From Parcubacteria group bacterium Greene0416_36 (GTDB lineage Bacteria; Patescibacteriota; Patescibacteriia; VMEV01): a stretch of DNA of 49,164 bases. Shown here piece by piece: positions 26,249 through 35,128 of the stretch. Under the pieces are notes generated by a model that made no database searches, was not told the DNA's origin, and was given only the letters and a program-made list of their open reading frames with translations. Each line of letters opens with the position of its first letter. The first letter of the stretch is position 1. Location: assembly GCA_007375725.1 (NCBI GenBank), contig VMEV01000010.1, forward strand, positions 1 to 49,164, given 5' to 3'. A program made the translations under genes and the position numbers.

Positions 26249-26361
26249 AATCCTCCTCGATTTCGGGAGGGTTTTGTTTTCATCCCCCTTGCCAGCCTCC
26301 CTCCCTTTCCACTAATCTAAACCCAGAATCGGAGACCCCCCTAATAAGCTAAAGCCTAGTT

Positions 26362-28950
26362 ATGTCCGAACCCACACCCATGCTACGCCAGTATTTTGAG
26401 ATCAAGCGCCAGCATCCGGACTCGATCGTGATGTTTCGATTGGGGGATTTTTATGAGATGTTTGGGGAGGACGCGAAGGTGGCGTCGAGGATTTTGGGGA
26501 TCACCCTCACGGCTCGTGGACGCGGGACGGAGAATGAGATCGCCATGTGCGGCATCCCCCAGCATAATATCACCGTGCATGTGGGGAAACTCACAACCGC
26601 CGGAAAATCCGTGGCGATCTGCGACCAGACCAGTGATCCGAATCTGCCGGGAATAGTGGAGAGGAACGTGACAAGAGTGGTCACGCCAGGAACCACGCTC
26701 GACTCGAGCAATCTGGACGAGAAAAAAAATAATTATATCGTGGCGATCATAGCCCAAAAAGGACGATACGGTTTGGCCCTCGCGGATCTGGGAACCGGAC
26801 ACTTTCAGGCAACAGAAATTGACGGCGGAGAAGAGCTGACCCAACAAATACAAAAACTCCGCCCCAGCGAGGTACTTCATGACGGGGAGCCTCTCTCCGG
26901 ATCTTTTTTCCAGAAAGAATTCCATCTGCCGGACTGGGAAGGACCCAAGACACTATTTGCGGCGCAGTTTGGCAGGCCCGATCTCTCAGGATTCGGCTTT
27001 ATCAATATGCCTTTGGCCGAAGAGGCGGCGGCGATTCTGCTTTATTATCTCAAAAATACCCAAAAAACCGCGCTCTCCCATATCGACTCCATTTCTCGCT
27101 ATGTCTGGGAAGACAAAATGATTCTGGATGCCTCGACCATCCGCAATCTAGAATTGTTTGAAAATAATTACGACCGGAGCCGGAATAATACCCTGTTCTC
27201 AATTTTGGATTTCACGGCCACCTCGATGGGGGCTAGAGTTTTACGAAACTGGATCACCTTGCCCCTCGGAGACAAAGACCGAATAGAAGAGCGCTCCGAA
27301 GGAGTCGAGTGGCTCTCTAAAAACAAAGAAGCAAGAACCGCGGTCAAAGAGCATCTGGACAAAATAGCGGACATCGAAAGAATCTCCGGGCGTATCGGAT
27401 GCCTGCGCGCCGGGCCCAAGGATCTGATTGCCATGGCTCACTCTCTTCGAGAAATTCCAGAGATTAAAGAAATACTCAAACCCTCCCAAGAATCAGCGAA
27501 TTCAATATTAAATAAGCTGGAAAAAGAATTGGATCCAATAGAACCGGTGGGCGAACTTATCGCCAAAAGTATTGCGGAGGAGCCTCCTGCGCTCGTTTCG
27601 GACGGCGGAGTGATCCGCAATGGATACAATCCAGATCTTGACCTACTCCGGTCCATTTCCAAAGGCGGCAAGGACTGGATCGGGGAATTTGAGACACGGG
27701 AAATCGAAAAAACAAAAATTTCGTCGCTCAAGGTACGGTACAACCGTGTCTTCGGGTATTATATCGAAATTTCAAAAACCAATTTGGACCGCGTCCCGCC
27801 CCATTATATCCGGAGGCAAACCCTCTCCAATGCTGAACGCTTCACGGTCGAAGAGCTCAAGAATTACGAAGACAAAATATTGGGAGCCGAGGCGAAAATT
27901 TTGTCGCTGGAAAATGAACTATGGAATCAAATAATCGGACAAATTTCCAAATATTTGGGAGAGATCAAAAAACAATCGCATTTGCTGGCTGAGATCGACG
28001 CCCTCTATTCCCTGGCGGAATGCGCCTACCAGCGGAATTATACCAAACCCGAATTCGTGGAATCCGACGAAATTCGGATTGAAGAAGGACGCCACCCGGT
28101 CATCGAGACCTTACTTCCAGCGGGCACCTACATCCCAAATGACACTCTTTTGAATAACCAAACCCACCAATTCATTTTGCTCACTGGCCCCAATATGGCC
28201 GGTAAATCCAGCTATCTTCGGCAAGTGGCTCTCATCTTGCTCCTCTCCCACATCGGCAGTTTTGTGCCGGCTAAAAAAGCCGCGGTCTCAATCACCGACC
28301 GTATTTTCACGCGCGTTGGAGCCGAGGACCGCCTCTCGGAAGGGCAGTCCACCTTCATGGTGGAAATGCAGGAGGCCTCCAATATCATTCATAACGCGAC
28401 TGGAAACAGCCTTATTTTGCTCGACGAGCTGGGTCGCGGCACCAGCACTTACGATGGAGTGTCTTTGGCCTGGGCCATCTCGGAATACATCCACAATCAT
28501 CTCAAAGCCAAAACCATTTTTGCGACCCACTATCATGAACTCATCGAGTTCGCGAATTCTCTTCCTCGCGCGAAAAATTATTCCGTGGCCGTGTCGGAAC
28601 ATAAAGGAGGCGTGGTATTTCTCCGAAAAATTATTCCTGGCGGGATCAATAAAAGCTACGGCATTGCCGTAGCCGCGCTCGCCGGGCTCCCCAAACAAAT
28701 CCTCGAGCGAGCCCATGAACTACTGGCGGATCTAGAAGGACAAATCCATCTGGGAAGCAAACCCAAATCCAATCAAACCGCCCTCCCCTTTTTCGCTCCC
28801 CCGCCCAAATCCGATCCAGCAGTAGAAACGGTCCTTCTCGAAATCAAAAACATCGATATCAACCAAACCACGCCGATGGAGGCGATGAGGAAATTGGAGG
28901 AGTGGAAAAATAAGCTAACAAACAACAAATCCCCCTTAATCCCCCTTTGA
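26362..28950 (+). CDS. mutS: DNA mismatch repair protein MutS
   Basis: TPMLRQY, FRLGDFYEMF, TGPNMAGKSSYLRQ, DELGRGTST and ATHYHEL motifs. Confidence 0.98.
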   Translation: MSEPTPMLRQYFEIKRQHPDSIVMFRLGDFYEMFGEDAKVASRILGITLTARGRGTENEIAMCGIPQHNITVHVGKLTTAGKSVAICDQTSDPNLPGIVERNVTRVVTPGTTLDSSNLDEKKNNYIVAIIAQKGRYGLALADLGTGHFQATEIDGGEELTQQIQKLRPSEVLHDGEPLSGSFFQKEFHLPDWEGPKTLFAAQFGRPDLSGFGFINMPLAEEAAAILLYYLKNTQKTALSHIDSISRYVWEDKMILDASTIRNLELFENNYDRSRNNTLFSILDFTATSMGARVLRNWITLPLGDKDRIEERSEGVEWLSKNKEARTAVKEHLDKIADIERISGRIGCLRAGPKDLIAMAHSLREIPEIKEILKPSQESANSILNKLEKELDPIEPVGELIAKSIAEEPPALVSDGGVIRNGYNPDLDLLRSISKGGKDWIGEFETREIEKTKISSLKVRYNRVFGYYIEISKTNLDRVPPHYIRRQTLSNAERFTVEELKNYEDKILGAEAKILSLENELWNQIIGQISKYLGEIKKQSHLLAEIDALYSLAECAYQRNYTKPEFVESDEIRIEEGRHPVIETLLPAGTYIPNDTLLNNQTHQFILLTGPNMAGKSSYLRQVALILLLSHIGSFVPAKKAAVSITDRIFTRVGAEDRLSEGQSTFMVEMQEASNIIHNATGNSLILLDELGRGTSTYDGVSLAWAISEYIHNHLKAKTIFATHYHELIEFANSLPRAKNYSVAVSEHKGGVVFLRKIIPGGINKSYGIAVAALAGLPKQILERAHELLADLEGQIHLGSKPKSNQTALPFFAPPPKSDPAVETVLLEIKNIDINQTTPMEAMRKLEEWKNKLTNNKSPLIPL

Positions 28951-29008
28951 CAAGGGGGAAACTGCTCCCTCCCTTGTCAAAGGGAGGGCTGGGGAGGGAT
29001 TTGTTGTT
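28921..29008. repeat. Dispersed palindromic element (CCCC(T)TTGACAAGGGG family); copies at 895-926, 39323-39392 and 47962-47999
   Basis: aacaacaaatcccc.ttaatccccctttgacaagggggaaac...gagggctggggagggatttgttg, nearly identical at 39323. Confidence 0.75.
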
Positions 29009-29435
29009 CATTCGTCATTCGTCCTCCTTCGCCTTTCAGCTTCGGCGGGACAAGTAATTCGTCATTCGTAATTTTCCTCGCCCCTCCCAACACAAAAAAC
29101 AAAGCCAGCGGAGCACCCCAATTGGCCCAACGCTCAATGAAGTCCCAGATCGGAAGACCCACTAATGGGCGGAGAAGCGCAGTCCATAGCCCCCAAAATG
29201 CAGCCCAAAGAAGAATGGTACGATTGGGGCGAATGAGAATCCAAAAGGCCGCAATAATATCGAAAATACCAATCCAAAATAAAAATCTGGTCGCTAATTC
29301 AATATCCGCCCCAGTGAATTGCTGAATCCAGAGTACCCAATCTGATTTGCCACGAATGGCAAACACTCCATGCCCCACAAACTCCCCCCACACCGCGATG
29401 CGGAGGATCCACTCGATTTTTTTGTCTAGTATCAT
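28977..29435 (-). CDS. Integral membrane protein (DoxX-like, about 4 TM)
   Basis: Hydrophobic helices; ILRIAV...F.GHG, WDFIER.ANWGAPL; start chosen at MILDKK. Confidence 0.7.
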   Translation of the reverse strand: MILDKKIEWILRIAVWGEFVGHGVFAIRGKSDWVLWIQQFTGADIELATRFLFWIGIFDIIAAFWILIRPNRTILLWAAFWGLWTALLRPLVGLPIWDFIERWANWGAPLALFFVLGGARKITNDELLVPPKLKGEGGRMTNEQQIPPQPSL

Positions 29436-29477
29436 AAAATGCAAATATTTTTTATATTTGCATTTTAACATGTTTCG

Positions 29478-30272
29478 TTAGAGAAGTCGGCGACCAGAAC
29501 GTGGAGAATGGGCCGGGACAGTTATAGGTTTAGGATATGAAGCTAACCCCTCGCGGATCCCTTCATTGCGGATACGGAGGGCAGTCCAAATTTCAACCGA
29601 ACTATGATTGGCGCGCAAAATGAGAAAAACCCATTTTTTCGCCTCCATACGATCCAAATGCTCTTCTTTATAACAAGTAAGAGAGGGCATATGAAGAAGA
29701 CACCTGTTTTTATTGAGGAACAAAAATAATTTTTCATGTCCTATGTTCCAATTTTTGGCTTTCTTAGCAACTCCCTCATGGACAATCAGACAGTAATCTT
29801 GGCATCCCAACTGAACCGCTGGCTTATAGAAATAAGCTCCGGTGCGCAGTTCCGGAACGAAGGGTGTTATTGCCGGAGCCAATAATTCGGCATGGTTAGT
29901 TCTTGTATTCTCCATGCGAGCAGGAGTCCAAATGCGTAGCTTATAGTGATCAAGTTCATTGACCAACACCCAGTCATTTTTTTTCAGAATCGCTAGCTTT
30001 TCTGGAGTAAAAATGATTCGATGCATACCCGAAGTGGCGACCATTTGTGTAAAAAAAGGTCTACGGCGAATCAGCCTGAGCACTAAATTTGGAAATAGCA
30101 ATAAGATTTCCGAAGTATATTTATCTTCCAACTCACTGAATTGCCCGACCAGATAGTTTTTTCTATCCGCGATGCTTTTCATGCCCGAGGCTCGCTCTGC
30201 GATACCACGATGAACAATGCACAGCGGATACTTCAAAGATACTTCATAAATCATTTGGCCTTGTCGAGTCAT
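29478..30272 (-). CDS. Hypothetical protein with an internal domain duplication
   Basis: 264-aa ORF with an AGGAG RBS; two related halves (CIVHRGIAERA..LRIWTPARM versus LIVHEGVAKKA..VEIWTALRI). Confidence 0.7.
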   Translation of the reverse strand: MTRQGQMIYEVSLKYPLCIVHRGIAERASGMKSIADRKNYLVGQFSELEDKYTSEILLLFPNLVLRLIRRRPFFTQMVATSGMHRIIFTPEKLAILKKNDWVLVNELDHYKLRIWTPARMENTRTNHAELLAPAITPFVPELRTGAYFYKPAVQLGCQDYCLIVHEGVAKKAKNWNIGHEKLFLFLNKNRCLLHMPSLTCYKEEHLDRMEAKKWVFLILRANHSSVEIWTALRIRNEGIREGLASYPKPITVPAHSPRSGRRLL

Positions 30273-30368
30273 AAAAGACTCCTTTATAAAGAACGTTTAC
30301 AATTTATTTTCACCTATCCATTTTCTATCACATTTCCATAGAAAACGAATATCCGAAAATAAAGAGAA

Positions 30369-31090
30369 CTCTCGACAATAGATATTTTTATCTATTGTCG
30401 AGAGCCTATTTGCGTGGTGTTATTGATTTTCCTTTCCCTTTTTGGACAATCCAGATAGAGCGACAAACCCGATACCACACCAATCGAGCTAGCCACTATG
30501 GGAATGCACACCGTATAGGGAATCAGAATATTCGACACAATAGACTATTCTGAAATTTACTCCCCCATCCCCTGCCAACGGGAAGTTTTTAATCTCGCCT
30601 TATCAAGATGGCAAATACTGTCCATTACCACCGAGGTAATGGTTATTTTTTAATTCCATTGCCAAAATCAGCCTAGGGCTGAATAAACCATCCAAAAAAG
30701 AACGCAATGGAATGAGAATTCATGATGAGTAAGGCATCATGTCCGTTCGGGAACCTTAAATAAAGGGTTCAACATAAACGGAACAACTCCCGAATTAATA
30801 AAAAGAACATTTTACCCGAAGAGCTGTTGGGATTTTAACAGCTGATCTTTCAGTTTCCTGAAAGTCTACCCATTCGGACACCTTTCTGTGTGAGGCATGT
30901 TTACTCGACAACCGAGCAGCTATTCCGTGATCATGCCTCACTTATATACGGAAGAGCTTTCGTACTTAATGAAAGTGAGATCAGCAAGGATATGTGCTTT
31001 TCACTTTCTTTTTTAGCTACCCTCATTTTTCTAAGGAGTATGTTGTAAATAAGATGAAACTCCTCCTTTACTTCAGTCTCATCTCGGCAT
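30369..31090. ncRNA. Candidate large structured non-coding RNA (~720 nt), family unknown
   Basis: No ORF of 60 aa or more; at least 10 stems, including nested and multibranch ones; G.U pairs favour the + strand. Confidence 0.5.
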
Positions 31091-31093
31091 TTC

Positions 31094-32812
31094 TTATGGC
31101 TGCGGCCTCACTTGAGGGGGTAGGAGGCGACGACTATTGGTGAATTCGATCGCGAGCTGGCTCATTTTTAGAAAGGCCGCCTCGTCGCGACTCGGAATAT
31201 AGTCTTCTACAGCGTTTTTCAGTATTTCAGTTGTTAATTTTTGCGTAGGTGTTTCTTCGGCAAACTGTTTAGCTCGAAGAAGAACCGCTTCCAGCTGAGC
31301 ACCGGTCCAATTATCACTCTGGTCAAGAGCAAAAGAAAAGTCAAGGCTCGCGGCATCGATTTGGTATTTCGTGCACAGAGCCTCAAGAATTTTTTTGCGT
31401 GTTTCTCGATCAGGAACAAGCAATGGAACACGCTTGTCCATGCGACCTTCACGGAGAATGGCAGGAGGTAGACGGTTGGGGTAATTGGTCGCCAAAATGA
31501 AAAATAATTTCCCACGGTTAGCGTCATCACCCATGACATTTTGTAGCATGCCTCGCACACGATTACCCACGCCTGAGTCGCCGGCATATTCTTCACCAGA
31601 ACCGATGGCTTCAGCCGCTTCATCGACAAAAAGAATTGTAGGCGCCATAGCGGCGGCAATATCCATAGCCAGACGCATATTGCGTTCCGAGTCTCCAACA
31701 AATTTGGAGAAGATATTGCCGAGCATCAAAAAATTGACGCCGGACTCTTTTGCCAGGGCTTCAGCGATAATGGTTTTGCCAGTTCCCGGAGGACCCATGA
31801 GGATCCATCCTTTGTCCGTAGTTTTGGACCCGGTGCGAAGTTTGGCAACCTGCACACGGAGGGCTTCTTTGATATATTCAAGTCCTCCAATGGATTCGAA
31901 GCCATGTTTTGGGCGAACAACACGCAAGACTCCCCCGCTTTGTTTTTCGATAAGTTCCATTTTTTTCTGCCAAATAAACCGTTCGTCCAGTTCTTTTCGG
32001 GTAGTTTTGGCAACCAAACAGAAATCATCGAAATCCTTGCAACGAAGACCAGCCATGAGATTAGCAACCATAGGCGCATTCAAACCTGAACCAAATTTCA
32101 CGACATGAGCTTTAGTCGCCCATCTCAAAAACTTCTGATGCTCATCGCGATTAGGCCGTGGAATATGAATCCCCACAACATTGGAGTCATCATGTTTGAC
32201 CGCGGAACTAACACGTTCTGGATTGCGCTCAATGAGAATAACCGGATTGCCCGTTCCTCGGAGTGGAGAGTCAAGGCTAGCCCAGCGCTGGAGAGTCACC
32301 GATGGAACCGAGACATAGTCATTCTCCGAAAGAATGGACTCGGCATATTCCAATATAAGCGCGGCTTTTTTCTCAGTAAGTTTGCCGGTGGAGATAAGTT
32401 TCTCAAGAAGCTGAAATGACCGCTCAGGATCCGTCGGTAAGTCCGTTGCATTACCCAACCCGCCCAAGCTCGCAAGCAAAGAGCTGGAAGAAGTGGAAGA
32501 CGAACTAGGAGCAGCATCGCCCGTAATGAGCGATTTGAATTTCTCACGCATTATGGAAGGACGAGGCCGTCCTGTGGACGGTTCTTGAAGAGACTTGATG
32601 ATTTCATCTCCAAAAGTAAAACCCGCCGCTTTGTCCCAAAAAACTACGATTTCACGACCTGAAAGCTGAGTCGCCACAAATTCTTTGAGAGTCAGAAATG
32701 TTTCATTTAAAGGAAAAAGGTCGGAAATATTTCCGGAAATGAGAAATACATATCCCAACTCCGCTTCGTATGCTTGACGAAGTTTATCCCACCACGTATG
32801 TGCTGTATGCAT
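31094..32812 (-). CDS. AAA+ ATPase (Ycf46-like, degenerate N-terminal AAA domain)
   Basis: F.SIGGL..IK, GPPGTGKT, LFVDE, ATN.P..L..A.LREGR.D. Confidence 0.9.
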   Translation of the reverse strand: MHTAHTWWDKLRQAYEAELGYVFLISGNISDLFPLNETFLTLKEFVATQLSGREIVVFWDKAAGFTFGDEIIKSLQEPSTGRPRPSIMREKFKSLITGDAAPSSSSTSSSSLLASLGGLGNATDLPTDPERSFQLLEKLISTGKLTEKKAALILEYAESILSENDYVSVPSVTLQRWASLDSPLRGTGNPVILIERNPERVSSAVKHDDSNVVGIHIPRPNRDEHQKFLRWATKAHVVKFGSGLNAPMVANLMAGLRCKDFDDFCLVAKTTRKELDERFIWQKKMELIEKQSGGVLRVVRPKHGFESIGGLEYIKEALRVQVAKLRTGSKTTDKGWILMGPPGTGKTIIAEALAKESGVNFLMLGNIFSKFVGDSERNMRLAMDIAAAMAPTILFVDEAAEAIGSGEEYAGDSGVGNRVRGMLQNVMGDDANRGKLFFILATNYPNRLPPAILREGRMDKRVPLLVPDRETRKKILEALCTKYQIDAASLDFSFALDQSDNWTGAQLEAVLLRAKQFAEETPTQKLTTEILKNAVEDYIPSRDEAAFLKMSQLAIEFTNSRRLLPPQVRPQP

Positions 32813-32833
32813 GATTGGCCCCTTTTTGTTATT

Positions 32834-32932
32834 TTAATTTTTCAAAATTCGAAGAACATTCAAAATAAATGTCCTAACGGTATCGACAATCAGTACGATT
32901 CCAAATACGGTTAGGACGGTGAATTTTTTCAC
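32834..32932 (-). CDS. Putative 32-aa membrane microprotein
   Basis: GAGG RBS, GTG start, MKKFTVLTVFGIVLIVDTVRTFILNVLRILKN; fills the operon gap. Confidence 0.5.
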   Translation of the reverse strand: MKKFTVLTVFGIVLIVDTVRTFILNVLRILKN

Positions 32933-32941
32933 CGTTGCCTC

Positions 32942-33601
32942 TTATTTTTTAAGCAACTCGCTGACTTTTTTCCAGACCTGTTCATTTGTCAGAAATTCTG
33001 GAAAACCCGTGTGTGTCACATGGCCAGACAAGTCGAGTGCTGCCGAATATTGCTGGGTTCCCAATAACTCTTCCCTAGAAATGCCGTTGGAAAGAATGAC
33101 GATTTCTTGATTGGCCGATCCCAATAAATTCGACCGATTCGATTTTTGGGACAAAAGATACGGTCCTGCAACCAAGGCATCGGTCCATTTCAAGAGGTCA
33201 GCACTTCCGGAAGGAGCCTTGGAGCTCATCAAAAATTCGTAAGTATAGCCCGTAAAAATAAGTAAACTCAAATTCAATGATTCACGGATTTTACGAGCAA
33301 GAAACGAAAGAGCCCTGGCTTGTTGAAAAGGTTCTCCACCGGAGAAAGTCACGCCCTGGATCGAATTTTTGAGAAGAGATCCATTTATCATCTCCACAAT
33401 CGAATCCAATGTAGAGGATGTGCCTTTTCCGGGGTCCCACGTATGCGAGTTCCAGCATCCCGGACAGTTCCGAGTGGCGCCATTCGGCTGAGGAACCCCA
33501 ATGCAACCTTGCAACCATAGAACAAACCGTTTACCGGGACCATTGACCGTATTGCATGGCAAAAAGCGATGAATACGGAGGGTGCGTGTGTCTTCCCTCA
33601 T
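32942..33601 (-). CDS. Radical SAM / NrdG-like activase protein
   Basis: VNGPGKRFVLWLQGC...CPGCWN, GVTFSGGEPFQQ, FTGYT, D.LV.GPY and GS.NQ motifs. Confidence 0.88.
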   Translation of the reverse strand: MREDTRTLRIHRFLPCNTVNGPGKRFVLWLQGCIGVPQPNGATRNCPGCWNSHTWDPGKGTSSTLDSIVEMINGSLLKNSIQGVTFSGGEPFQQARALSFLARKIRESLNLSLLIFTGYTYEFLMSSKAPSGSADLLKWTDALVAGPYLLSQKSNRSNLLGSANQEIVILSNGISREELLGTQQYSAALDLSGHVTHTGFPEFLTNEQVWKKVSELLKK

Positions 33602-33603
33602 CG

Positions 33604-33822
33604 TCAATTCCTTTTTTCGTAGATGATTTGCTGTTCTTTTACCACCGATTGCGGACAAGATGTGTCTTTGTGAACCAGGTTGGTAATTTCGGATTTGATG
33701 CCCAAAGCTTCAAACTGTCTGGCCAGTTCCGCAGCGTGTTTGAGGCAAGCTTTGCCTACAAAACCTGACAGATTGCTGGTGATTTCGCCCTTGCTGTTGA
33801 GAACGATTTTTTCACTAGGCAT
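33604..33822 (-). CDS. DUF2997-like small protein
   Basis: I.....GEI.....GF.G.AC......F..LG pattern; context with AAA ATPase. Confidence 0.6.
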   Translation of the reverse strand: MPSEKIVLNSKGEITSNLSGFVGKACLKHAAELARQFEALGIKSEITNLVHKDTSCPQSVVKEQQIIYEKRN

Positions 33823-33842
33823 GTTTGGTCCCTTAACTAAAA

Positions 33843-34289
33843 TTAGATTTCGACCAAAAGTTCCAATTGTTTATCTGAATTGACAGTCAGCGAAAATTTT
33901 TGCTGCTGTTTTTCAGCGATAAACATGCGTGCTGCCAGGCAACAAGCACCACCGAGCAGATTCTCTACCTTTTGACGAAGAACCTCGGCTCGACTTTGCT
34001 GGTCCGGAGAATAAAAATCCCCCATAATAGCCAATTGCCCGAGCTTGTCCACGCCCAATCCCATTCCAGGAAATAAGGCAGAATTGCTTGCCGCACCCTT
34101 GGCATCTAGCCCCGAGACAATGGACATACCCTGAAAGGTTGTCACTTGCTTGCCTGCCCAGTCTAGAATATATGGAGTAACCAAAATTCCTTCCAATTCC
34201 AACATTTTGGAAAGAACCTTAATGCCCTCAGTCAAAATAGCAGGATGAATTCCCGCACAGCTGACTTTTTCTGTTTTTATGTGTGACAT
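33843..34289 (-). CDS. DUF1257/Ycf35-like protein
   Basis: MSHI.T N-terminus, G.G......L....D.Y; first gene of the DUF2997/AAA cluster. Confidence 0.55.
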   Translation of the reverse strand: MSHIKTEKVSCAGIHPAILTEGIKVLSKMLELEGILVTPYILDWAGKQVTTFQGMSIVSGLDAKGAASNSALFPGMGLGVDKLGQLAIMGDFYSPDQQSRAEVLRQKVENLLGGACCLAARMFIAEKQQQKFSLTVNSDKQLELLVEI

Positions 34290-34340
34290 TTGTCCTCACT
34301 TCTATTGTGTTTAAAGAACACTTAGCAAAAACGTAAAGTT

Positions 34341-34439
34341 AATCTAGCAGACTTGATTTTTTTTGTCAAGAATTTGTCGCAAGGACAGGATCGTATCCTT
34401 GCGACAAATTCTTGACATTTTCAAAAAACATGCTAAATT
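34341..34439. promoter_or_regulatory. Divergent sigma70 promoters inside a long palindrome
   Basis: TGTCAAGAATTTGTCGCAAGGA...TCCTTGCGACAAATTCTTGACA; minus strand TTGACA-17-TAGATT, plus strand TTGACA-16-TAAATT. Confidence 0.7.
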
Positions 34440-34492
34440 GTTTTGTTCTTTAACAATTTGTCATCCACTCTCCTTTTTAAGGAGTCCTATTT

Positions 34493-34918
34493 ATGGACTG
34501 TGAGCAAATCATGGACACTTTAATGAAAACCCAAGAAACACAAGAACCCTTAAACAATGAAGAAAACAAAAAAATACTCATTCATTGTGCGGAGTGCCAA
34601 GAATGCAATCTTTTTATGGGTTTTTGTAACCTCAGCCCGGACAGAATCAAGAAAAAAGTGAGAAATAAATGTGCCTATTTCTTGGTACATGCATACACTC
34701 CTTTTGCTAAGTTAGAAGACTTACAGGAATTCTACCTACACACAACGCATTGCTCAAAATGCGCTCAAATCTCTTTCGACCATTTCTCCGAAGAAGCCAG
34801 AAACTCCCCTATATCAGAAGAAGAGGAAAAGGCAATCATCAAAAAGCTTGACAAGCTACGAATTCAAGAAAACATAGCTTGGTATATCAAGCTATTCACC
34901 GGAAAAATAAAATTATAA
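34493..34918 (+). CDS. Protein with two HxxxCxxC (zf-HC2/ZAS-like) zinc motifs
   Basis: MDC start, HCAECQEC and HTTHCSKC; AAGGAG RBS. Confidence 0.65.
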   Translation: MDCEQIMDTLMKTQETQEPLNNEENKKILIHCAECQECNLFMGFCNLSPDRIKKKVRNKCAYFLVHAYTPFAKLEDLQEFYLHTTHCSKCAQISFDHFSEEARNSPISEEEEKAIIKKLDKLRIQENIAWYIKLFTGKIKL

Positions 34919-34928
34919 AAAATAATAA

Positions 34929-34958
34929 AAAAACAGATCCTATACGGTCTGTTTTTTT
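34929..34958 (+). terminator. Intrinsic terminator
   Basis: aaaaacaga...tctgttttttt. Confidence 0.55.
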
Positions 34959-35128
34959 GATATAAAATTTCAAAAATACTCCAATCAATATTTCAATACA
35001 AGTATCAAATTCATAAAAATAATAAAGGTGTGTTAAAATATATAAACTTATTATACCCTCACCTGAATCCTTCCGCCAAAGGCGGATCCGCCTTTGGCGG
35101 AAAATCCTAGTTCCTGAATCCTAGACTT

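Noticed and set aside
30369-31090. RNase P RNA, tmRNA or group II intron assignment for the structured region
   Set aside because: I could not find GAGGAAAGUCC, tRNA-like ends or a domain V motif on either strand by eye.
35071-35102. Perfect palindrome TTCCGCCAAAGGCGGATCCGCCTTTGGCGGAA
   Set aside because: It looks like another small dispersed REP-like element; there is no evidence of a specific function here.
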